From: Azolla caroliniana
Taxonomy: Eukaryota > Plantae > Polypodiophyta
Assembly: GCA_043228905.1 (NCBI GenBank)
Contig: JBHGNT010000004.1
Span: 21,762,001-21,826,000 of the forward strand
Reading direction: 5' to 3'
DNA: 64,000 nt
Positions 1 to 10,950 of this stretch are shown here, piece after piece. Numbering within the stretch: position 1 is the first letter of the stretch; every line of letters starts with the position of its first letter. The notes beneath the pieces are model-generated. The model was not told the DNA's origin. It searched no databases and worked only from the letters and a program-made list of their open reading frames with translations. Both the position numbers and the translations under genes were made by a program.

Positions 1-64
1 TGGCCGAAATTTCCAATCTAGTTGATCTTCCTTGAGATTACTTTGAGATTTTGAACAATGCCTT

Positions 65-641
65 TGTTGAGATATCAACCTCAACTAGATTTAGTTAGTT
101 AGTCAACAAACGTAGCTTAGTAGTTACCTAGATAGAATCTAGTTAGTGTTTTGACCTGGAAGCCTTAAATAGGATTTTGTACTTGAGTGGGATACATTGT
201 TTATCCTCCACTCCCATGATCATTTACTATAGGATTTACACCTTTGTACCTATATTCTACTCACACATGTGCACCTTTGCACATGAGATGTATACATACC
301 TCATTGTGGGTATTTTTGTATTTGATGATGCTAATTAATATAGAGGAAAGGTCTTTAGCTACACTCTTGTTAATTATCCACCATTTACATTATTGTTCTC
401 TTTCCTCTTTAGCTACACTCTTGTTAATTATCCACCATTTACATTATTGTTCATAAGTGTATCTTCTCTCTCTCACACAGACACATTGACACATAGACAC
501 AGACACACACACACACAGACACAGACACAGACACAGACACACACACACACACATATGCACACATATCACATAATCTTCGGTTGCTAACTACTCACATAAT
601 TAGTCATTAATTAACCCTAGTTAATTACCTAATTATTAACA
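65..641 (+). repeat. 5' LTR of copia element (same family as LTR 31155-31612)
   Basis: TGTTGA...TTAACA termini followed by the PBS. Colinear similarity to 31155-31612. Contains a (CA)n/(CAGACA)n tract and a 47-bp internal duplication. Confidence 0.88.
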
Positions 642-1961
642 TGGTATCAAAGCGTGTGGTTTAGCACATCCACTAAGCCCATCCGACTCTTCGTGATTGT
701 GTGTTTGAGACACCAACGACAAATCCGGCTATAGGCTATCGTAGTGCCGCTATGTAGCACGTGTACGTGACCAAAGGAAGAAAAGAAAAAAAGGAAGACA
801 TTACAACAACATGAACACACAAATGGGTAGCTTGCTCCCTAGTGAAAAGCTAGACCTTAGCAATTATTTATCTTGGGAGTACAACATGAACCAATACCTA
901 GTCGGCCAAGGGTATTAGAGCTACATCGACGACGCACAAGAAAATCGACCCGACCCAAAGAATGCGGACTACTCAACATGGGAGCAAGCGACGAGTCGAG
1001 TCATGTCTTGCTTAGCAACATGTGTCCACGATCACATGCTTAGCCACATTCGAGACGCCAAGACACCTAAAGAGTCGTGGGAGAACTTGAAGAAATTGTT
1101 CACTGCTAACACGACTGCCCGCAACCTTCAACTCCGACAAGAGTTGAACAACATCCGACAAAAAGACATGTCCGTGTTGAACTACACCGCCAAGATCAAG
1201 AGCATTTGCGACTTGCTTGGTTCCATCAACATAAATGTCAACGAAGGCAAAGATAGTTCAAGTATGCTTGGGCGACCTCACACAACAATTTGACTTGTTA
1301 AGGACAACAATCTTTGCGAGGGAAAACCCTTCAATCAATGCTATTGGTTGAAGAGAACCATGTCTGAAAAAAAAGCAAGATGTCAGAAGGACAAATGTTC
1401 TTCTCGAATTTGTATGGTGGTCGAGGAGGTTGCGGCGGTAGAAGAGGTCAATTTGACCTATCTCACGAAGGGAACTCAAACCTTCAACAACACGACGGAA
1501 GCCATCAATGAACCTTCAAAAGAACGGGAGCTTCCATGCTGACCAAGGTTAACAAACAAGGCCCACTACTTGCAACTATTTTGGCAAAATCGGCCACCGC
1601 GAAAAGGAGTGCCGAAAAAGAAGAAACGAGTCAGCTTCCACAAAGTTGACAACTCACAAACTACGCCACCAAGTCCGAATACAACGACTACGGTGGGCTA
1701 TCTATAATGAGACATAGAGCGAACTCTATGTCGGTCTCCGACTCCACAAGCACCTCCAACTCGGAAGACGTGTGATTCGTCGACTCCGGCGCCTCACATC
1801 ATATGACGTTACACCAAGAGTGGTTTTGTGACTTAAGAACGCCGGATCAACCCGTCTTCATAAAGACGGGAGATGACACCACACATCCCATTCGGCACAT
1901 CGGTAACGTTCCATTCGAAAACGACAACAAAAAACAATTGCATAAAGAATGTCTTGCACGT
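65..1961 (+). mobile_element. Ty1/copia retrotransposon 5' portion (LTR, PBS, degenerate gag, zinc knuckle, protease), truncated
   Basis: LTR TG..CA 65-641, then tRNA-iMet-type PBS TGGTATCAAAGC 642-653. gag starts at ATG 811 (MNTQMGS...CLATCVHDHMLSHIRDAKTPKESWENLKKLF). A CCHC-like knuckle lies near 1570 and protease FVDSGASHHMT near 1775. The element breaks after NVLHV at 1961 and has stops and frameshifts. Confidence 0.9.
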
Positions 1962-2457
1962 TGTTGTAGTGTAGTCTGCACACTACGTGAAAAATGTAAA
2001 AATAATATATCCGATTTAAGTACATATATATAAATAAAAGAAAATATTAAAATATTTATTACATGCATAGGGCAGGATTCAAACCCTGTACCTCCATTTA
2101 TAAGAAAAATATAAACCAATAAAAAAATACTCATGCACATCTAGCGTGCATGAGCACTATATTTAGGAAATAAAAGCATAGTGGAAAAAGCAAGTCAGGC
2201 AGATGAACACTTTAGAAAAAGAAGGAAGCTATGCTTAGTCTCTCCCATCCTTATAAAAGGAGGAGGGAAAGATGTATATGGGGGTTGATTATTTTGTAAG
2301 GAAGGACCAATATAATATATTCGTGGGATTCACGAATTTGTCATCTAAATTGTCTCTTACTATCTAAATATTGATTAAATACACTAAACTCGTGGGATTC
2401 ACGAGATTCATAACTTATCTCTCTTTCTACCTATTCATTACTAGCCTTATCTCAACA
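1962..2457 (+). mobile_element. putative solo LTR
   Basis: TGTTG...CAACA termini and an internal TATAAAAGGAGG. Interrupts the copia ORF. ACGT lies on both sides (1958-1961 and 2457-2460, the latter overlapping the terminal A). Confidence 0.6.
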
Positions 2458-2835
2458 CGTTCGCGTTCACAAGTGGAAGGATTGCGCATTCCACTTGTAG
2501 AATCTTCTTAAAACGAAGCAAATACACCCTCTCTACAAAAATTGGATGCATTAGTATCACATGTTCCTCAACTTGATGAGAATTTGCGAATATTAAAATA
2601 CATGATAGGTCTACGAGTGGAGATCATTAGAAATCATGCAAGTTTGGACGTGTTGATAAGTTAATGTAGGCATAATAAAGTTCAACAATGGCTCAATATG
2701 TCACTATTGTGCGACAAGGGAAACACTAACTTAAAGACTTATATTAATTAGGTAAGTTTTACAAAAATATGAGGTGTACTTGTATCCATACTAATAAAAT
2801 GAGTTATAATTTATACTTTGACCCATACGTGCATG

Positions 2836-3110
2836 TATATAATTGTGGACAATGTAGGATAGTGCACATTAGGATAATGTGATTGGAATAACTAACTTAT
2901 TAAAGTATTCAATACTTGTATTTAAAGTTGATCTAATCTATTCCTCAGTTTGTTCATATGGGATCAAACCATATATATATAATTGTGGACAATGTAAGGC
3001 AGTGAACTTTAGGATAATGTCGTGGAAATAACAAACCTATTAAGGCTTTCATACCTGTATTTAAAATTGATCTACTCTATTGCTTAGGTGATTCACACAG
3101 GATCAAACTC
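2836..3110. repeat. diverged ~140-bp tandem duplication
   Basis: Two colinear copies, each starting TATAATTGTGGACAATGTA and ending GGATCAAAC. Confidence 0.8.
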
Positions 3111-3501
3111 CGAACGATAACGCAAGTAGAACCATTATCAACACACTACACAATCTAAGCAGCAATGGAATAGAAACATAATAGTTTTAACAATAGAAGA
3201 CAAAGATCCATAATAACAACATGGACAGTCATGACAACAATTGTAGGGCCATGTTATGTTAAGGTTAGCTTGGACCAAATTTAGCCTCAATTTAAACTAA
3301 TTCATGTTGCTCCATAAATTTGGTAGTCAATTATGCACGCGGTGCAACCAATGTCATAAATCTACTAACCAAGTATATAAAAATAAAATTGAAACATATA
3401 GAAGATTATAAAGAATAGAATCCACTAAGTAAAACCCAAAATTTGTATTAATAATGTGAAATGCAAACAAATCGTCAGTGTCATTTTCTTCATAGAGTCT
3501 A

Positions 3502-6500
3502 TTACATAGCAATCAATTCATCAATATCATTTTCTTCATCATCTTGTGTAGAACTCTCTTCGGCTATATGTGCATTGGCTTCCCATGTTAGCCGAGCCAA
3601 CGAAATATCTTCTATAAGCTCATCATCAAGCTCTATTAGCTCCCCCGGTTCGCCGGCTAACGGAGGAATAGGCTCTTGCGAGGCAGGTTGAAACCTTTCT
3701 GTATTAGCTAGGTTCTTTGCACCAACCTCCTCATCCTGGTCTGGGCACTCCCACAAAGCCTTAATCCTCATATTTATAAATATACCCTGCTCCTCGTCCT
3801 TCTCCAATGCAACTGTATTTCTAAAGAGCTTCAATGCACATGCAGACGTCATTCCTGTGAAGTAAGTAACAAGAAGAATTAGTTGTCAACCAAAAAAGAT
3901 TTGGTATTGGTTATCTCAAGATCGTTACCCTAGTTCGAGGAATACCTGTGCCAGAAAAGAGATCTAATATCCAGTCTCCTTCGATAGAAAACATCTCGAT
4001 CAAGCGCATCATAAGTCGTTGAGGTTTTTGATATGGGTTGACAAGTCCCCGTTCTGTCGTGGTGACATGTCGCAATTTCCGTGTCACTACTGGATATACC
4101 AGTAGATTTGAACCCCCCACTTCATTAGAATGCTCCTTGATTCTTTGTTTCTTAATTTCATCAAAGTAGCCAACCGTGATGTATTCAATGGCATTAACGA
4201 ACCGAAAAGTTGGCCCTCTATTTACATTGGTTTTTATCCTATAAAAAATAATACATCGAGTTAAGAATAGATTGAACAACGTTAAGAAATGCAATATAGT
4301 GAATGACACCTATAAATAATCCTTACCATGCAAGGTTCTCGATGCCATGGCAACGAGATCTCAAAGCTTGAGCTACCGAGTACCCTTGGTCCATACTATG
4401 AAAGACAACTATTCGCCACAAGGATGTAGTTGTTAGCTCAGCGAAATCCTTGACCATCTTCTCCAATTGTTTAAGCCTAAATGGTTCATCGTCGTATGAT
4501 GACCCAACCATTCGAAATCCATAAGGAATATCCGCAATCATTAGCGTATATTCCTTCTTTGGAACTTTTTGGATCAAGTCGACGACATCGCCGCAAACCA
4601 CATTGTAGTAAAGATCTCTCGTAATATCTTTTTTGTGGCTAAAATTTTTAAAGGAGCCATCTTCCTTCATTTTGTACGCCTTGACTAAGCAACGATCCTT
4701 TTCTTTTCTGGCTCGCTCGAGATGTGCAAGGAAGGATGTAGGGAAATCATGTATATCCTTAACTTCTCCTTGTTTCTTGCCACGACACGGTTTCTAATAG
4801 AAGCAATGGGACATCAGGTATTGTTATACAAGCTCTACATATGATGAAAGCGTAATGAAAAACCACCAATACTAACCCAATCCTTGAATGCAATAAAATA
4901 CTTTGATAATGCCTTATATGAAGACGTTAGAGGATAATCCTCGGTCACTTGTTCCCAAGTTATACATCCAAGTTGTTTCATCATAACTTCTTGGATCTTC
5001 ATGTACACCTTATGACTGTAAAATTAGAAATCAAGATTAGAACTTTGAATTACACCATATAGACTTCAATATCAGTATATGAAAGACTTCCTTATTGAAC
5101 TCAGTGACCATTTCTTCAAGGCTTAAATCTTTCGCCACAACCCGTGACAAAACAGACACAAGAAGTTGCTCGTCCTTAATGCCTTGCATCGCTCTCCACA
5201 GAGACAACTTCATGTCGTCAGCCGCTTCTTCAATTGTCAAGTCAATTTTCTTGGCGGCTTGTGACTTTAACTCTAGTTGAGGGTCAACCTTACATTTCTT
5301 TTGTCGTTGACCCTTTACCTCCTTATTCTCCCACATTGAGAAGATTTGATCTTGTAGGTCCCATACTTCTCCATCTCTAAAGGCCAGTTGAAACCAAGAC
5401 TCATATTTTCGAAGACCATCAGACTTAACATTATCATCTACCACAATGCCGACTTCATGCAGACATTGACGTCGTAGACCTGGATGTAGCTTCACACCAA
5501 ACTTTTGTTTCACGTCCAAATACTCGTGGTGGAAGAACCGTATACGCTCAATCGACGACATTTTCTGCCTATAGTCATTATCATTATTATGGTCCCATGC
5601 CAACAGCTTAGCCTCTTCCGTTGTGAGCCCAACATAAATTTTGCACTCGGCATACTTGAAGAAGAAAGTCGTTGGATGTTCTCTCACAAGTTGCCGACGT
5701 GCCTCCACTGAATGCGATCCACCAATGACAAAGTAATTATATTGATTATGCTTTCTAATATAAAAATCTTCAATGGTTTCACATTCTTCAGGATCTACAA
5801 TAACAATAAAAGGCACCACAGTGGCATGAGGATTAATTTTCATTTTTTTCTTGAGATTTTGAACATGCATGCGGTGTGGCTCTCTAATCTCAAGTGCTCT
5901 TCGACCTGTTTTTTCATCAATAGGGGGCCGATGGATGTGTGTTATAGGCAAATTAAACACTTGCCCTTTCCTGACCAGTTTACGCTGCATTAACTCTCTC
6001 CTTATCTTATTCTGCTCGGATGACAAAACACCCGATGCCAACTCAGCTCCTGGCGTCCCCTTAGTGTCCTCCTCTTCGTTTTCACTTGTTGAATCGGAGT
6101 CCGACATTTTGATTGTCTTCTTCTTTGGTGGTCTTGATTGTACTTTGGATACCCTTTTTGTGGCCTTCAATGGGGAGGGCACTTCATCTCTTAGAGTTAC
6201 ATGGCCTTGTATATAAGGCCTCAAGGTAACAATAAGGTTTTGTGAGCTTTCAAGATCTTTTTTGAACGCTTCTGGCCCACAAGATTCCTTTACTAGAAGA
6301 TCTTCTTAAAGGAACACTTTACGTACCCCCTTGGAGCACTCTATCATTACCAGTATGTTGGCCGAATCTGCATCTTCGTAGTCAAATCGTAGAATACGAC
6401 CATACATAAATGGGGTTTCCTTTCCAAGCTGCCCCTCCCCCTTCTTCTTTGCTGTATACAATACGAGTTTTTTCTTTGAGTCGACGTATTGCATAAACCA

Positions 6501-7488
6501 TTCCTTGTCCGTTAGATCACGGTCAGGAAGGTCTTCACCTCCAGTAGCTGCTACAAGTTTCTTTTGGCTAACGTCAATGTGTGGTTGAGATTTTGACTCC
6601 TCGTTGAAGAGAAGCTTTTTTCCTCTCTTCATGGACTCGGGAGCTACCTTGGTCTGTGCTTCTATTGGAGAACCCTGTATGCGAAGCTTTATTTTCTTCA
6701 CGGGTCGGTTCGACAGGTTCTCAAACGACCTATTTAAGAAAGTACATGCAAAAACATAAGTTAGGTGGTCACGTAGATTAAGGTTGTATATTAAAATATA
6801 AATAAGTAGATGAAGAAAGGTTCTCACTAGCAAGCGATTAGTGGTGAACTACAAATATCAATCATGCATTTAGAGTACATGGTAGTCCTATATTCAAAAA
6901 TCTATTCTAATAAGGGCTATTCAACTTAGAAAATATATATCGTAATAAGTATATAGGGTTATATATTCTCTTAAAGGGGAGGTATGACTTATATTGATTC
7001 CATAACTATATTGAGGATAATTTGCTATCGTAAAGGTAATTTGTGGGTTATTTTCTACTATTTTAAGCTATAGTAGGTCATAAAATACTTATAATTAAGG
7101 CCCGTTTTTTAAAAAAAGTAAGGGAAGTCAACATAAAAAAGACTCATTTTGATAGACAATTTGATATCTTTTCCACACAATAATTAATTGTTGCCCCAAA
7201 AACACAATATTTCTCTTTCAAGGTCTTCTATTATACTTCATACTAAGTCAGTTGTGACTCCTTATAATGCTACATTTTCATCTATTATATACTCATTGTT
7301 AATATACATCTCCTTCTTCTTGAGTACTTCATTTTGTCTCTTATCCATCTTCTGTTTCTCTCCACTCCTCTTTCCTCTCACACATACACATAACACACAT
7401 CTCTTCCGCTACACAAGAATCACCATTGATTCTTTACAAAAGTGTTGGGTTGGAAAACATACTTGGCAATTTTCTTTCCCTTGTTCAT
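3502..7488 (-). pseudogene. ParB-like domain + beta-class N6-adenine/N4-cytosine DNA methyltransferase fusion gene, 6 exons, ~971 codons, one in-frame stop
   Basis: Exons 7463-7488, 5092-6729, 4877-5015, 4327-4793, 3946-4238 and 3502-3854 total 2916 nt and join in frame. Introns are GT..AG except donor 2 (GGAAGT). One TAA at 6306-6308. ParB-like segment: HVQNLKKKM..PFIVIV..YFVIGGSHSVEARRQL. MTase: VVCGDVVDLIQKVPKKEYTLMIADIPYG (motif IV), then YQKPQRLMMRLIEMFSIEGDWILDLFSGTGMTSACALKLFRNTVALEKD (motif I), which is the beta-class order. Confidence 0.88.
7225..7438 (+). mobile_element. copia LTR fragment inside intron 1 of the methyltransferase gene
   Basis: Reverse-complement match to LTR 19965-20419 (GCTACACAAGAATC...GATTCTTTACA end). 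The left boundary is approximate. Confidence 0.75.
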
Positions 7489-7776
7489 ATTGATGTCGGA
7501 GATATTTATTCGATCGGGGAGGCGAAAACTCGACGATTTTGGTTGTTGAGTGCTCTTGTGCTCCTGTGCTCTTCTTCTACTTGAACGTGATAATGAGAAA
7601 TAGAAGATGAGTTCTCTTTATATAATTTTTATTTTGTATTTTCAAATTTTAAAAAAAATATTTTTTTAATTATTTTTAAAAAAAATTAAAAAATATGTTT
7701 TTGGACATGGTGCTTATTATAGAACCAAGCTTGTGCCTATTTTGGACATTGTTTGTGTTACTTAGCCTTGAGCAAA
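7489..7776. promoter_or_regulatory. putative bidirectional promoter between methyltransferase and transposase
   Basis: About 290 bp between divergent ATGs (7488 on -, 7777 on +). TATATAAA on the minus strand at ~7617-7624 and a poly-A/T tract at 7626-7700. Confidence 0.5.
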
Positions 7777-10700
7777 ATGTCTTCAAAGTCGAGTGAAAAT
7801 TCTTTGTTGTCTATTGAGCGTGTTATATTATCTAATAACTCCTTATTCTCAATCGAGAAATATAGCCATTTTAATAATAAAAGGTGCCATGTTAAGACCA
7901 ACAACGATCAAGAGCAAAGCTCGACGTCAATTTTTTCGATAGAGCCATTAAACATAGGTAAAACAAGATATATTAAATTAGATACAACTCATGTCAAATC
8001 TAGTTTATCGAATGCTACCGAAGACTGTGTCAATAAGCCTCTAAATTTTCAAAGAGTTCCTTGACAAGTGAGTGTTAAATGATATAATTTTTTGTGTTCG
8101 GATCGACAAATTTCAATTGACATATGCAAGGTATGTTGTGGGAGCCTTTTTCTATCAATATTTGGAAAGGCAAACTTGCAGGGGTTGCGACAAAAGTTTT
8201 TGTCTCTCAATGGCGACGAACAAGATACATTCTTGATTGCCAATATGCAACTTGTTAAGGACCATCTGGCAGTGTCATGTTCTCAACAGGTGGAATACTA
8301 CCTTTCACTTACTACGGAGAGTTGTAGAGTTGCTTTTAAAATTTCTTATAGCATTTGGAACATGAGGCTACAGAGAATTCAACATCGATTACTGAAGGGG
8401 TGGTGGGTGTCTTTCAACAATAGAGAATCTTCATATAAGGGCCTAATTGGGCAACATGTTGTTAGATGGATGGAGATTTATTTCTCGAAGCAATGTGATG
8501 TTATGCCCACCATTAGAAGGTTACATTTGTAAGATAACTTCACTCGTCGTGAGGTATACCAAGCCTATAAGGATGACATGTTATTGGAAAGTGTAGCTTA
8601 TATACAATATAGGCATTTCAATCGTTTATGGAGATCGAAGTTTAACAATGTGGTCATACCCCGCAAGGTCCGGATGGGTATTTGTTCGATCTGCACGAGT
8701 TTAAAAAGCTTGGCAAAGAGTGGGATAATAGATGAAGAAATAACAAAATATAAGGCTTTATTGAGAGAGCATCGAGAAACCCAAGTGTTGGAAAGATCTA
8801 AAGCTATGCACCATCGTCAAAAAGCGCTTCAATCGTCAGAAAGATAGATGTGCTTGATTATAGATGGGATGGATCGGAAGAAAACTTGTTTGTCACATTT
8901 TCGAAGATTGCCTGAGGATATTGGAGATGAATGCCTAGTGCAGATGCACATAGTAGGATGTCTTTTGTATTGTCAAACAATAAGGCCTCAAATGTTCTTA
9001 ACTTATCCAAATATCCACAACGACCCTAATCTTACAGTTACAGTCTGTTGTCCGCTGGAATTGTAACCACTGTCCATAACGCATCGTAAATAGATTAGTA
9101 TATTAGGGGTGTTAAAGTAATGTGTCTAACGATTCACGCAGGAAGCGTAACCGATAAGAAGCCCTGCGTATATAAAGGGTGAAAGAACATTGTAAACAGC
9201 TAGCGTATTGTAAGAGCACCGTTTTAATATAGTTTTATCTTCTCTGATCTTGGTATTCTGTCTATTGGTCTCTTGTTTTCGTTCCCGTTCTCTGTACACG
9301 ACTGTGTTCTAGTAAACACAAGGTAAGTACACGTTGGATAACTACGCTCCTATGGAGGTTCAGTTGTAGCCATTCCCCCTTATGGCTTACAAATCACGCA
9401 CTACGCATCCCTATTCCCTTGCACCACGATCACCTTATAAGCTACCCCGAAGGACTGAGGGTGGATTGTGTTCCAAGTCATGCAAAGAGTTCTGCAGAAT
9501 TGGCAAGGTTTACTCCCACCAGTACTATACATGCAACTTGACAACACAGCGAGAGAAAACAAGAACTCAACTATGTTTGGTTACCTGAGCATGTTAGTAG
9601 ACAAGGGTATTTTCCAAAATATTAAGGTCAACTTCTTGCTAGTTGGTCATACACATGATCACATAGATCAAATATTTAGTAGGTTCTCCAAGAAATTAGC
9701 GAGGCCCGATGCTTTCACACTTCCTATGCGATCAAGGTTGATTGTCGAAGCTTATACCCCCAAGCCAGATGTGCAACATTTAGATGAAGTATATGATTTC
9801 AAGCGCTCTTGTTTGAATGGTGATGGGACTGGATGTAGGGTTCTTGCTCCGCTTAATAATATAAGTTTTAACCACGTCTTCCTCATCCAAAAAGGTGTGG
9901 TCGGTCACAACCAGACCATGTTGTATGCCAAACAATACTCATCTAGTTCACAATGGGAGCCACAAGACGGATGTAGGCTCTTATTGCATTTCCCAGATGC
10001 AATAATCTATGGTGCTGAGCAAATGCCCTATGACAACCATAAAAGATTGGTTGTTGGTAGTTCAATTGAAGAGAAAAAGATATATTGGATGCGGTGCCTT
10101 GAGGAAAAACAAAAAAAATATTGAGCAAATAAAAAAGTATGATGGTGATCAGGATGTGTATTGGTGGGATGTCTTCTTTAATCATCAACATACAATATTA
10201 GATACCCACTTTACAGGGTACTGGCCACTACAAAATCAATTTGAATGGGCCCTTGGTGGCCCATCAATGGCAAGCACGACTCCTTTACAACAACTAGATA
10301 ATCTTGAATTGAATAATCTAGTTCGTCCATGACAAAGAGATATTTACGTAGGACCAAGATTATCACATGTTGCAGAGGCGAGGTGGCAAGGCAATCTACA
10401 TGAGCTACAAGTTGGTATGTTGGTTGCAACATCAGTTGGGGGTGATAAGTTGGGCCATCCCTTTTGGATTGCCAAAATCATTGAAATTATTAAGGATGAT
10501 GAAGGCAATCAAGTAAAGTCTATTATGGTTCATTGGTATCATACCTCTTCCAAATATGCATTTACTGGGAAGTACTCTTTAGAGATGGTTAAGGATGTTG
10601 AAGGCACAAGCAGAAAGCGAAGAAGAAAGAATTTACCAAGCACATCTAGTCTAGCACTTGATCATGTCGACATACTTGTGTATGACTTCTCCTTGACCAA

Positions 10701-10950
10701 AACAAGCCATCTAAGATAGACTACAATCAAGATAATAAAAGAGAAGATCCCAGATGTGCCTGTTGACAAAACATAGAGACGAACAAGGACTATGTCTCAT
10801 AATCACAGTGACGTTGGATTGCAATTGGATGAAGACAATGCATCAGTTGCTAGTAATGATGAGGATGAGACCTCGCAAAGCTCTTCTAGTTCATCGGGTG
10901 GGTCTGAAGGGGAAGGCGTATCTCTGGGAAGTGATGGATCTCATATATGA
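7777..10950 (+). pseudogene. Sola-like (DUF7869-type) DDD transposase with C-terminal BAH/Tudor-like barrel and acidic tail, disrupted
   Basis: ORFs 7753, 8092, 8578 and 8848 share a frame and continue into the 9468 ORF once the solo LTR is removed. Motifs: CC..C/CRVAF, CSIC, CLIIDGMD, YMQLDNTARENKN, FLLVGHTHDHIDQIFS. At least six stops and a poly-A frameshift near 10110. Possible small intron 8068-8130. Confidence 0.82.
9046..9475 (+). mobile_element. solo LTR (430 bp) inserted in the transposase, 4-bp TSD AGTC
   Basis: TG...CA termini. AGTC at 9042-9045 and 9476-9479. Removal restores LTVTVMQRVL in frame. Confidence 0.9.

Noticed and set aside
1975-1990. CACTA terminus (CACACTACGTGAAAA)
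   Set aside because: It lies inside a TG..CA LTR-like unit, no matching TAGTG end was found, and the transposase is not of the CACTA TnpD type.
3502-4670. C5-cytosine (DNMT/CMT/DRM) or MT-A70 methyltransferase
   Set aside because: There are no PC/ENV motifs. The order DIPY, then QKP, then DxFxGTG is that of beta-class amino-MTases.
3502-7488. Bacterial or phage contamination as source of the ParB-MTase
   Set aside because: Five frame-consistent spliceosomal introns, a plant copia LTR inside intron 1, and continuous plant TE context.
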